Shown piece by piece: positions 10,777 through 19,767 of a stretch of DNA of 64,000 nt. The DNA lies in NCBI GenBank assembly GCA_036274735.1, contig DASUFD010000124.1, forward strand, positions 25,880 to 89,879. Direction: 5' to 3'. The notes beneath the pieces were generated by a model. That model saw only the letters and a list, made by a program, of their open reading frames with translations. It had not been told where the DNA came from and did no database searches. A program made the translations under genes and the position numbers. Positions within the stretch are counted from its first letter, which is position 1. Every line of letters begins with the position of its first letter. The stretch is from Burkholderiales bacterium. GTDB taxonomy: Bacteria; Pseudomonadota; Gammaproteobacteria; Burkholderiales; SG8-39.

Positions 10777-12249
10777 TCACGCGCCGACGACCGCATCCTC
10801 CTGCCGGTATGCGCAGGCGCTGCGCGGGCAGATCCGGCAATGTGCACCGACCGGCAGCGCGGGCGCGGAGGACGAGAGGTCGAGGCCGTCCCCGTATACG
10901 GTCTGGTCGGCCTGCAGCGCGTCGCAGGCGAGCATGAGAGAAGCAACGCGGCGCGGCATGGGGAAAGCCGCGCCGCGCTTCTCGACCGAGCGCGCGACGA
11001 AGAGAAAGCGCTCGCCGCCCGGGAACTCGACGAGCTGGCGGACCACCGCCGAGGACGCGTGCAGGGCCTGATAGACGGCCCACAGCGGGCAGGCACCGCC
11101 GTGGCGCGGCAGCGGCAGCCGCGCCAGCGGAAAGCGCTTGGCAACGAATCCCGAGGCGTCGACGCACATCAGGCCGAAGGCGACCCCTTCGGCGCCGGGG
11201 CGACGCAGGGCGAGCAGCCTCCGGCACACCTGCTCGATGCTCGTGTCGAAGGCATTCGCGAGCGCGTCGACGTCGTAGCGCAGCCGACGCGCGGCGGCGA
11301 GGAACGCGTCGTACGGCATCAGCACGGCGGCCGCTACGTAGCCCGAGAGCGCACGATGTGCGCGGCGTCGCGCCGCGTCGCTGCGCAGAACGGGCGCGGC
11401 CGCTTCGGCGGCGAGCGCCTGCGCCGCGATGCGCTCGGCGGCGAGGCGCGCGAGGTCGAAGAGTCCCGCTTCCGCCGACACCGCCGCGCCGAGCCCTTCC
11501 AAATAGGCCTTGAGCCGCGGCGCTTCGGCCTTGCCCTCGACGCCGGCGGCCCCGCGAACCGCCTGCGCCGCTTCCTCGAGAGCCGGGAAGTAGTAGTTAT
11601 GGTCGAGAAGAAAATCATCTACGTCTCCGGCCGGGGTGTTCGAGCGCGCACCCCCGCGGTCGCTATGAAAGAACGCCGCGAGCGCTTGCGAGATCTCGCT
11701 CAGCCGGCGGCTCTCCCCGCCGATCATGGAAACGAACCGGCGTCGCTGATCGGCGCCCAGGTCCTCGACGCTCTCCAGGATCTCCGCCGCCGAGCGGATG
11801 GAGGCGATACGCGTGAGCAGGCTGTGCACCGCGTCGGCGAGGAACGGGTCCTGGGTGAGGCGGTCGGACAGCGCGCTCATCGCGCGCCCGCGCTCGAGCC
11901 ACGCACGATGCAGCAGCACCAGCGCGCGCGCCCACGATGCCCGCTGGCCCGCAAGCTCCGCGGCGCCGGCCGCCTGCAGGCCGAGCTCGGCGAGCAGCGG
12001 CTCGGCGGCGAGCTCGGCTAGCTCCGCCATCAGGCGGCGCTCGGTCGCGCCATCGAGCTCGTCGATCGAAAGCCCGAGCGCGTCGGCGATGCGCTTGAGA
12101 AGGGCGCCGCCGATGTTGCGCTTACCCGCTTCGATGAGGTTCAGGTACGAGGCGGAGATGCCGAGCTGCGCGGAAAGGGCCGCCTGCGTAACGCCGACCG
12201 CGCGGCGGCGCTCACGGATCTTGGGTCCTACGAGGCGGGCGGGCGTCAT
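10777..12249 (-). CDS. XRE-family short-chain fatty acyl-CoA regulator (ScfR/PrpR/RamB type) with internal HisKA-like segment
   Basis: N-terminal HTH QAALSAQLGISASYLNLIEAGKR; C-terminal GGACPLW and CRICPRSACAYR. Start could be 12249 or 12267. Confidence 0.88.
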   Translation of the reverse strand: MTPARLVGPKIRERRRAVGVTQAALSAQLGISASYLNLIEAGKRNIGGALLKRIADALGLSIDELDGATERRLMAELAELAAEPLLAELGLQAAGAAELAGQRASWARALVLLHRAWLERGRAMSALSDRLTQDPFLADAVHSLLTRIASIRSAAEILESVEDLGADQRRRFVSMIGGESRRLSEISQALAAFFHSDRGGARSNTPAGDVDDFLLDHNYYFPALEEAAQAVRGAAGVEGKAEAPRLKAYLEGLGAAVSAEAGLFDLARLAAERIAAQALAAEAAAPVLRSDAARRRAHRALSGYVAAAVLMPYDAFLAAARRLRYDVDALANAFDTSIEQVCRRLLALRRPGAEGVAFGLMCVDASGFVAKRFPLARLPLPRHGGACPLWAVYQALHASSAVVRQLVEFPGGERFLFVARSVEKRGAAFPMPRRVASLMLACDALQADQTVYGDGLDLSSSAPALPVGAHCRICPRSACAYRQEDAVVGA

Positions 12250-12422
12250 GCGCGGCAGATGCTGCAATGCAAGGTCGAAAATAAACTGCCTTTGCTAAAG
12301 CGATGTGAAGGATACACAAAAATCTTTCGCTCTCTCAATGTGATGTTGCGTTCTTTACACTCGTCGGTGACCATCATTGCAAGTTGCGCCGCCGCGCAGC
12401 CCACATTCACCGAGGAGGAGTA

Positions 12423-13769
12423 ATGAGCGACATCATCAAGGATGCGCGCCGCCGCCAGATGTTGAAGGCAAGTGCGCTGCTTGGCGCCGGCATCGCCGCG
12501 CCGTCTCTTTTCGTTCCGCGCCACGCCTGGGCGGCCATGCACCCCCCGATTGGCACCTGGCCGGCCGGCGTGCAGGGCGGCACGGTCTACATCGGGGCGG
12601 CCGTTCCGCGCACCGGCACCTATGCGGTGCAGGGCGAAGACGAGCTCAAGGGCATGCAGCTCGCCGTAGAGCACATCAACCAGGGCCACGAGCTTGCGCA
12701 CAAGATCGCGCCGAAGCTGCAGAAGGGCGTGCTCGGCAAGCAGGTCGAGCTGGTCGTCGCCGACTCGGGCGCGAAGCCGAACGAGGCGGTGCAGGCGCAG
12801 CAGCGCTTCATCAACGAGAACAAGATCATGGCCATGACCGGCTCGACCTCGAGCGCGGTCGCCGTGGCGCTGAACAAGTTCGCGCAGCGCGAGAAGGTGC
12901 TCTACCTGGTGGCGATCTCCGGCTCGAACGACACCACGGGCAAGGACTGCGCGCGCTACAGCTTCCGGCAGTGCTTCTACGGCGAGACGGCGGCGAACGC
13001 GATCGGCCCGGTGCTCGTCAAGGCCTACGGCAAGAACAAGAAGGCGGCGTTCATGACGCCGGACTACACCTACGGCCATACGGTGACCAAGTCGGTCAAC
13101 GACTACCTGACCGAGCACGGCGGCTGGAAGATGGTCACGAACCAGGTCTCGCCGCTCGGTACGCAAGACTTCAGCTCATACCTCACCAACATCGCCAACT
13201 CGGGCGCCGACGTCATCGTCAACGTGAACTGGGGCCGCGACGCGGTGCTGTCCATCCAGCAGGCGAAGCAGTTCGGCTTGACGCCGCGCATGAAGATGGT
13301 GGTCCCCTACCAGATCCCGTTCCTCGCGAAGGAAACCGGCCCCGAGCTGACCGAAGGCGTCTACGCCGCCACCGACTTCTGGTGGACGCTGGAGGACAAG
13401 TTCCCGCTCGCCAAGATGTTCGTGGAGGCCTTCGACAAGAAATACGGCTACAAGCCGGAATGGGGCGCGAACAACGCGTACATGCAGTTCACGATCTGGG
13501 CGCGCATGGTCTCCGAGGCGGGCTCGTTCTACCCGCCGGACGTCATCAAGGCCTACGAGAAAGGCGAGGAGTTCGACTCGACGGTCGGCAAGGTGCACTT
13601 CCGCAAGGAGGATCACCAGCTCGTGCGCCCCGTCGTCATCGTGCGCGGCAAGTCGCCGAAGCAGATGAAGAACAAGGAGGACTACTGGGAGGTGCTCGAC
13701 GTGCTGCCCGGCGCGCCCCTCATGCAGAAGCCCGACGCGTTCGGCTGCAAGCTCGGCGACTACACCTAG
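12423..13769 (+). CDS. Liv/HAAT-family ABC transporter substrate-binding protein with Tat signal
   Basis: ATG 12423 after GAGGAGGAG; ARRRQMLK twin-arginine signal; PRTGTYA, GSTSSAVA, DYTYG motifs. Confidence 0.9.
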   Translation: MSDIIKDARRRQMLKASALLGAGIAAPSLFVPRHAWAAMHPPIGTWPAGVQGGTVYIGAAVPRTGTYAVQGEDELKGMQLAVEHINQGHELAHKIAPKLQKGVLGKQVELVVADSGAKPNEAVQAQQRFINENKIMAMTGSTSSAVAVALNKFAQREKVLYLVAISGSNDTTGKDCARYSFRQCFYGETAANAIGPVLVKAYGKNKKAAFMTPDYTYGHTVTKSVNDYLTEHGGWKMVTNQVSPLGTQDFSSYLTNIANSGADVIVNVNWGRDAVLSIQQAKQFGLTPRMKMVVPYQIPFLAKETGPELTEGVYAATDFWWTLEDKFPLAKMFVEAFDKKYGYKPEWGANNAYMQFTIWARMVSEAGSFYPPDVIKAYEKGEEFDSTVGKVHFRKEDHQLVRPVVIVRGKSPKQMKNKEDYWEVLDVLPGAPLMQKPDAFGCKLGDYT

Positions 13770-13783
13770 AAAGGCACTGACCT

Positions 13784-13856
13784 CGTCGTCCCCGCGCAGG
13801 CGGGGACCCAGTTCTGGTTTCCGAAAGACTGGGTTCCCGCTTTCGCGCGAACGACC
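13784..13856. repeat. inverted doublet of CGTC-type REP-like palindromes
   Basis: CGTCGTCCCCGCGCAGGCGGGGACCCAG plus an inverted degenerate copy GGTCGTTCGCGCGAAAGCGGGAACCCAG. Confidence 0.75.
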
Positions 13857-13874
13857 TTTGGGGGCCGTTCCCGC

Positions 13875-14750
13875 GTGATCACCTGGGGCAACTTCTTCTC
13901 GCAGCTCTTCAACGGCCTCGCGCTGGGGGCGCTGCTCGCGCTCATCAGCTCGGGGCTGACGATCATCTATGGCACGCTCGGGGTGCTGAACCTCGCGCAC
14001 GGCGCGATGTTCATGCTCGGCGGCTACGCCGGCTACGTCGCATACCAGTACACCGGCTCGTTCGTGCTCGCGGTGATCGCCGGGACCCTGTTCCTGCTGG
14101 CTGTCGGCATCGTGATGGAGCGCGTGGTCATCCGCCACTTCTACAGGCGCCCGCCCGAGGACCAGCTGCTCGTCACCTTCGGCCTCGGCATCGTCTATGT
14201 CGAGACCGTGCGCTACTTCTTCTCCAGCCTGTCGAAGATGGTGCCGGCGCCCAAGCTCTTCGCCGGGATCACCAATCTCGGCTTCATGTTCTACCCGACC
14301 TATCGCCTTGCGGTGGTCGGCATCGTCGCGGCTGCGCTGATCGCGCTCTTCCTGGTGCTGTACAAGACGCGTCTCGGCCTCATCGTGCGCGCCGGCATCG
14401 AGGACTCCGTCATGGTCGATTCGCTCGGCGTGAACGTCGACCGGGTATTCATGCTCGTCTTCGGCATCGGTGCCATGGCGGCCGGGTTCGCCGGGATCGT
14501 CAACGCGCCGGTGGTTTCCCTCGCGCCGGACATGGGCGAGGCGATCCTGGTGCAGACCTTCGTCGTGGTGGTGATCGGCGGGGTCGGCTCCTTCCCCGGC
14601 GCCGTGCTCGGCGGCCTGATCGCCGGCGAGATCATCAGCATCACCTCGATGTTCAACCCGGGCTACGCGTACGTGATGCTGTTCGCGGCGATGACGCTCG
14701 TGCTGATGCTGCGGCCGCACGGCCTCCTCGGCGTTAAAGGACGCGAATGA
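13875..14750 (+). CDS. branched-chain amino acid-type ABC permease (LivH family)
   Basis: GLTIIYGTLGVLNLAHG, TRLGLIVRA, VVVIGGVGS. Confidence 0.92.
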   Translation: MITWGNFFSQLFNGLALGALLALISSGLTIIYGTLGVLNLAHGAMFMLGGYAGYVAYQYTGSFVLAVIAGTLFLLAVGIVMERVVIRHFYRRPPEDQLLVTFGLGIVYVETVRYFFSSLSKMVPAPKLFAGITNLGFMFYPTYRLAVVGIVAAALIALFLVLYKTRLGLIVRAGIEDSVMVDSLGVNVDRVFMLVFGIGAMAAGFAGIVNAPVVSLAPDMGEAILVQTFVVVVIGGVGSFPGAVLGGLIAGEIISITSMFNPGYAYVMLFAAMTLVLMLRPHGLLGVKGRE

Positions 14751-14772
14751 CCGCCAAACGGCGAGGCCGGGA

Positions 14773-16620
14773 ATGAACGCCGACCGGCTCGGCAATACGC
14801 AGCGCCCTTTCCTCGTCGAGGCGCTCACGCTCGCCGCGCTGATCGCCGCGCCGTTCGTGCTGCCCTACCTGAACGCGGCGCCGGATACGGTCAATCGCAT
14901 CCTCGTCTGGGGCATGCTGGGCATCGGCTTCGACATCCTGTTCGGCTACACGGGGCTGCTCTCCTTCGGCCAGTCGGCGCTCTACGGCACGGGCGGCATG
15001 GTCGCGGCCTACCTGCTCGTCACGGCGGGCTTCCCGCACGTCGTGACGGCGCTTCTCATCGGCATGGTCGTCGCCGCTGTGGTCGGCTACCTGGTCGGGC
15101 TGGTCGCGCTGCGCCGCACAGGGATCTACTTCGCCATGATCACGGTGGCGATCGCCGAGGTCTTCTTCTTCATCGAGTTCAATCCGCTCTCGCAATGGAC
15201 GGGCGGCGAGAACGGCCTGCCGGGCGTGCCGGCGCCGAGCCTGCACCTGGGCTTCACCACGCTGCGGTTCACGCGCGGCTGGGACCTCTATCCCTTCCTC
15301 GCGTTCTTCTACTTCATCGGCATCGTCATCGCGCTGCGCATCGTGCGCTCGCCGGTCGGCGCGATCTTTCGGGCGATCCGCGAGAATCCCCTGCGCGCGG
15401 CCGCCGTGGGGCACAACATCCACGCCTACAAGCTCACGGCCTTCGTCATTGCCGCAGCCTACGCCGGCCTCGCCGGCGGCCTGCTCGGTGTGATGCAGGG
15501 GTTCATGCCGCCGGATGCCTTCATGTTCGAGACCTCCGGGCAGCTCATCATGCAGACCGCGATCGGCGGCATCGGCACGCTGTTCGGTCCGCTGGCGGGC
15601 GCGGCGGTGTGGCTCTTCCTGCAGGATTTCCTGCAGTCCACGCTCAACCTCGGCGCGACCTGGAAGCTCGTGCTCGGCGTCATCTTCGTGCTTCTCGTGT
15701 TCTTCCTGCGCCAGGGCATCATCGGCGGCATTCGCGACCTCGTCGCGCTCGTCCGCGGCAAGGCCGCCGCCCGGCGCGCGGCGCAGGCGCCGCCCGCGCC
15801 GCGCGCCCCTGCCGCGCCGGCGCATCGCAGTCCCGCGCATCGCTTCTCCGGACCGATCCTCGAAGCGCGCGGCCTCTCCAAGCACTACGGCGGCGTCACG
15901 GCGAACGCCGACATCGAATTCACGGTAAACGCCGGCGAGCTGCACGGCATCATCGGCCCGAACGGCGCCGGCAAGACGACGCTCTTCAAGATGCTCACCT
16001 GCGAGGTGCCGCCGAGCTCGGGCACGATCCGCTTCGAGGGTCGCGACATCACCGGCATGAGCGTCACCGACGTCTGCCAGCTTGGCCTCACCAAGAGCTA
16101 CCAGATCAACCAGCTCTTCAACCGCCTGACCGTGCGCGAGAACATCATCATCGCCGCGCTCGCCGAGCTGCGCGGCAAGTTCCGCCTCGATCTGATGCGC
16201 AGTCTCTCGAGCGTGCCCGGGCTGCGCGAGCACGTCGACCACAGCCTCTCCCTGGTCGACCTCGGCGCGCGGCGGGACACGCCGGTCTCGCAGCTCGCCT
16301 ACGGAGAGAAGCGCCGCCTGGAGATCGGCTTGGCGCTCGCCGCTTCGCCCACCCTGCTCCTCCTCGACGAGCCGCTCGCCGGCATGAGCCCGCGCGAGCG
16401 GACCGAAACCGTGCGGCTGCTGAAGTCGATCGCCCAGGGGCGCACGATGATCGTCATCGACCACGACATGGACGCGCTCTTCGAGCTCGCCGAGCGCGTC
16501 ACCGTCATGCACCAGGGGCGCGTCCTCACCGAGGGCACGCCCGAGGAGGTCAAAAGCAACGCGGAGGTGCAGGAAGCCTACCTGGGCGGCGTGCACGAGT
16601 CGGCGGAAAAGGTCGCATGA
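14773..16620 (+). CDS. fused LivM-type permease / LivG-type ATP-binding protein
   Basis: GYTGLLSFGQ and TGGENG permease motifs; Pro/Ala linker; GPNGAGKT, LAYGEKR, LLLLDEP. Confidence 0.92.
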   Translation: MNADRLGNTQRPFLVEALTLAALIAAPFVLPYLNAAPDTVNRILVWGMLGIGFDILFGYTGLLSFGQSALYGTGGMVAAYLLVTAGFPHVVTALLIGMVVAAVVGYLVGLVALRRTGIYFAMITVAIAEVFFFIEFNPLSQWTGGENGLPGVPAPSLHLGFTTLRFTRGWDLYPFLAFFYFIGIVIALRIVRSPVGAIFRAIRENPLRAAAVGHNIHAYKLTAFVIAAAYAGLAGGLLGVMQGFMPPDAFMFETSGQLIMQTAIGGIGTLFGPLAGAAVWLFLQDFLQSTLNLGATWKLVLGVIFVLLVFFLRQGIIGGIRDLVALVRGKAAARRAAQAPPAPRAPAAPAHRSPAHRFSGPILEARGLSKHYGGVTANADIEFTVNAGELHGIIGPNGAGKTTLFKMLTCEVPPSSGTIRFEGRDITGMSVTDVCQLGLTKSYQINQLFNRLTVRENIIIAALAELRGKFRLDLMRSLSSVPGLREHVDHSLSLVDLGARRDTPVSQLAYGEKRRLEIGLALAASPTLLLLDEPLAGMSPRERTETVRLLKSIAQGRTMIVIDHDMDALFELAERVTVMHQGRVLTEGTPEEVKSNAEVQEAYLGGVHESAEKVA

Positions 16621-17312
16621 GCCTGCTCGAAGTCGACCGCCTCAACAGCTACTACGGCGACTCGCACATCCTCTTCGACGTCGCGCTGCGCGTCGAGAAG
16701 AACGAGGTCGTCGCGCTCCTCGGCCGCAACGGCGCGGGCAAGAGCACGACGCTGAAGAGCCTGATGGGCGTCGTGACCCCCCGCACCGGCTCCGTGCGCC
16801 TCGACGGCCACGAGCTCGCCGGGCGCAAGAGCCACGCCATCGCCCGCGCCGGCATGCAGCTCGTGCACGAAGACCGGCGGATCTTCAGCCTGAACGTCGA
16901 GGAGAACCTCGTCCTCGCCGGCCTCACCGCGCCCCGGAGATGGCCGCTCGAGCGCATCTACGAGATGTTCCCGCGCTTGCGGGAGCGGCGAGCGAGCCGC
17001 GGCACCGACCTCTCCGGCGGCGAGCAGCAGATGCTCGCGATCGCCCGCGCCCTCATCCGCGACCCGAAGATCATCCTCCTCGACGAGCCCTTCGAAGGCC
17101 TCGCGCCGACGATCGTCCGCTACCTGATGGACGCCTGCCGCGAGCTCGTCGCCGCCGGCCAGACGATCGTCATCGTCGAGCAGAACATCGCCGCCACCCT
17201 CGCCCTCGCGAGCCGCGCCTACATCATCAACAACGGCCACATCGTGCACGAGGGACCCGCCTCGGAGATCCGCGGCAAGCCCGAGGTGCTGCAGCGCTAT
17301 CTAGGCGTCTAG
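16617..17312 (+). CDS. LivF-type ABC ATP-binding protein
   Basis: ATG 16617 overlapping the upstream TGA; GRNGAGKST, LSGGEQQ, ILLDEP. Confidence 0.93.
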   Translation: MSLLEVDRLNSYYGDSHILFDVALRVEKNEVVALLGRNGAGKSTTLKSLMGVVTPRTGSVRLDGHELAGRKSHAIARAGMQLVHEDRRIFSLNVEENLVLAGLTAPRRWPLERIYEMFPRLRERRASRGTDLSGGEQQMLAIARALIRDPKIILLDEPFEGLAPTIVRYLMDACRELVAAGQTIVIVEQNIAATLALASRAYIINNGHIVHEGPASEIRGKPEVLQRYLGV

Positions 17313-18680
17313 GGGTTCGAGACCGCCGAGCATCGTCGGCACGAGCTCGCTCACCGTAGGGTGGATGTGCACGGCGTGGGTAATCGTCGTGTAGGGGCGC
17401 TTTGCGTACATCACGTCGAGCAGCGAGTGCACCACCTCGTCACCGTTCAGCCCTAGGATCGCGGCGCCGAGGAGTAGCTTCGAGTCGGCGTCGACCAGCA
17501 CCTTCATGAAGCCCTGAGTCTCGCCAGCTTCGCGGGCGCGGCTGACGCGGGTCATCGGCATCTTGCCGAGAAGAACGCGCTTGCCGGCCTTCTTCGCTTC
17601 CGCTTCCGTCATGCCGGCGCGCCCAAGGGGCGGGTCGATGAAGAGCGCGTAGGTCATGATTCGGTCGGAGATGCGGCGCTTTTCGTTGCCGAAGAGGTTG
17701 GCGGCGACGATTTCGTAGTCGTTGTAGGCGGTGTGGGTGAAGGCGCCTTTGCCGTTGCACTCGCCGAGCGCCCAAACGCCTTCCGCCGTAGTGCGGCATT
17801 CGTCGTCGACCTTGATGTAGCCGCGCTCGTCCGCCTCGATCTTCGCTTCCGCCAATCCCAGATCGTCGGTATTCGGCGTACGGCCTACCGCGAGGAGGAC
17901 GTGGCTGCCTTCGGCGACCGGCTTGCCCTGCTTGCATTCCAGGGTGACGGCGATGCCTTTGCCTTTCTTCCTGAGGCCCATGCATTCGGCATCGGTGCGG
18001 ATGCGAATTCCCTCGCGCTCGATGATGGCGCGGATCCCGGCGGCGACGTCGTCGTCCTCGCGCGGCAGAAGCTTCGGCGCACGCTCGACCACCGTGATCT
18101 CGGAGCCGAAGCGGCGGTACATCTGGGCGAATTCGAGGCCGATATAGCTGCCGCCGACGATCACCAAATGCCTCGGCACGAAGTCGACTGCCATGATCGA
18201 GCTGTTGGTGAAGAAGGGCACGTCGTTGACGCCCGGCATGTCGGGAACGGCGGCGCGCGCGCCGACGTCGATGAAGATGCGCTCGGCCTCGAGCTGCCGG
18301 CTTTTGACGGTGACGTGGCGAGGGCCGGTGAAGCGGGCGTGGCCGCGGATGAGCGTCACGTTCTTCATGCCGGCGATCCACTTTCGCAGGCCGTTCTGCG
18401 ACTGCTGCACGACGGCATCCTTGCGGCGCTTCACCGCGCGCATGTCGGCCGGGGCATCCCTTTCCTTGAAGCCGAACTCCGCGCCGCGCCGCGCCAGGTG
18501 CATGGCACGCGCGCTGGCGATCAGGGTCTTGGTCGGGACGCAGCCGGTATTGACGCAGGTGCCGCCGAGGAGCTTGCGCTCGATGAAGACGGTCTTCAAA
18601 CCTTCCTTGTCCAGGCGCGCGCACAGCGCGGGGCCGGCCTGGCCGGCGCCGATGACGATGGCATCGAAGCGTTCGCTCAT
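17301..18680 (-). CDS. FAD-dependent pyridine nucleotide-disulfide oxidoreductase (MerA/RclA-like family)
   Basis: GAGQAG, redox centre GGTCVNTGC, GGSYIG, C-terminal HIHPTVSE. Confidence 0.9.
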   Translation of the reverse strand: MSERFDAIVIGAGQAGPALCARLDKEGLKTVFIERKLLGGTCVNTGCVPTKTLIASARAMHLARRGAEFGFKERDAPADMRAVKRRKDAVVQQSQNGLRKWIAGMKNVTLIRGHARFTGPRHVTVKSRQLEAERIFIDVGARAAVPDMPGVNDVPFFTNSSIMAVDFVPRHLVIVGGSYIGLEFAQMYRRFGSEITVVERAPKLLPREDDDVAAGIRAIIEREGIRIRTDAECMGLRKKGKGIAVTLECKQGKPVAEGSHVLLAVGRTPNTDDLGLAEAKIEADERGYIKVDDECRTTAEGVWALGECNGKGAFTHTAYNDYEIVAANLFGNEKRRISDRIMTYALFIDPPLGRAGMTEAEAKKAGKRVLLGKMPMTRVSRAREAGETQGFMKVLVDADSKLLLGAAILGLNGDEVVHSLLDVMYAKRPYTTITHAVHIHPTVSELVPTMLGGLEPLDA

Positions 18681-19249
18681 GGACGTTTCCTGAAGACGAG
18701 GAGGCGGTTATTGGACGGCATCGCGTTGTCTTCTTCTAGCGCCAGGCCCTGCGTTTTCGCAAGCTCGCACACCGCCTCGAAATCGCGCACGCCGCTCGCC
18801 GGGTCTTGCGCGCGCAGCATCGCGTCGAAGCGCGCGTTGCTCCGCGAGCTCGGCTTGCCGCCGTAGTGGAACGGCCCGTAGAGGGCGAAGACGCCGCCGG
18901 GCGGCAGGAGCTCGCCGACGCCCGAGAAGAGGCGCTCGACCTGCGGCCAGGACATGATGTGGCAGGTATTGGCCGAGAAGACGGCGTCGGCGGCGAGCGG
19001 CGGGAACGGCCGGTCTACGTCGAGCTCGAGCGGCGGCGGATCGGCGATCCACTCCCGGATGCCCGGAAGATTCTCGACCACGTCGCTCGCCTGCCAGACG
19101 AGGTACGGCAGTTCGCGCGAAAAGTAGGCGGCGTGCTGGCCGGTGCCCGAGCCGACCTCCAAGACGCGACGGCGATCGGCGAACACCCGCTTCAGGACGG
19201 CGAGGATCGGCTCCCGGTTGCGCTCCGCCGCGTCGGAGAAAGGCCTCAC
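18677..19249 (-). CDS. DUF938-type SAM-dependent methyltransferase
   Basis: AAERNREPIL, VLEVGSGTGQH, YGPF, MPSNN. Confidence 0.85.
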   Translation of the reverse strand: MRPFSDAAERNREPILAVLKRVFADRRRVLEVGSGTGQHAAYFSRELPYLVWQASDVVENLPGIREWIADPPPLELDVDRPFPPLAADAVFSANTCHIMSWPQVERLFSGVGELLPPGGVFALYGPFHYGGKPSSRSNARFDAMLRAQDPASGVRDFEAVCELAKTQGLALEEDNAMPSNNRLLVFRKRP

Positions 19250-19767
19250 TGAGAGGCCGCGGTCGCCTTCCAGGTCTCGCCGACCAGGCTGCGCACCTGG
19301 AACAGCCCGTCGTCGCGGAAAAGGAACGTCTCGAGGAAGCTGAGGGAGCGCTCGTCGTCGAGCAGCGCCGCCGGCGGCGCCGGCAGCGGCATGGCCATGA
19401 TCACGCTCGCCACGGCGCGCTGCTCGAGCGCGTGGTAGCCGTTCGAGCGAAACACCGCCACCCGCAGCGGGCGGCCATGGCTGTCGACGCGGATGTGCAG
19501 CACGACGATCGACTTCATCAGGTGCGGCAGCTGCTCGTGGAACACTTTGGGATTCGAAGCGACGATGCGAACGGCGAGGCGCCGCTTGTAGTCGTCAAGG
19601 AGCCGGGCCGGCGCGACGACGACGTCGGGCGGCGCAGCGGCTGGCGGTGGAGGCGGCGGGAGCGGCTCGAGGGCCGGCGGGGGCGCCGGCGCGACGGCCG
19701 GCGGTTCCTGAGCGCACGCGGCGAGAGTCGCGATGACGAGGGCCGCCCAGGTCCGCTTATGCGCCAT
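19246..19767 (-). CDS. lipoprotein with Pro-rich linker and TonB/TolA C-terminal-like domain
   Basis: Lipobox LAAC, poly-Pro stretch, VLHIRVDSHG..RS.G...LEQRA; SD GGAGGAG. Confidence 0.7.
   Translation of the reverse strand: MAHKRTWAALVIATLAACAQEPPAVAPAPPPALEPLPPPPPPAAAPPDVVVAPARLLDDYKRRLAVRIVASNPKVFHEQLPHLMKSIVVLHIRVDSHGRPLRVAVFRSNGYHALEQRAVASVIMAMPLPAPPAALLDDERSLSFLETFLFRDDGLFQVRSLVGETWKATAASQ

Noticed and set aside
12360..12385. sigma54 promoter for the ABC operon
   Set aside because: The GG to GC spacing is 11 nt rather than the required 10.
13784..13856. CRISPR repeat or IS terminal repeat
   Set aside because: Only two units, inverted, with no spacer array, cas gene or transposase.
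17301..18680. Mercuric reductase MerA
   Set aside because: No N-terminal metal-binding domain, no C-terminal Cys-Cys pair and no mer genes nearby.
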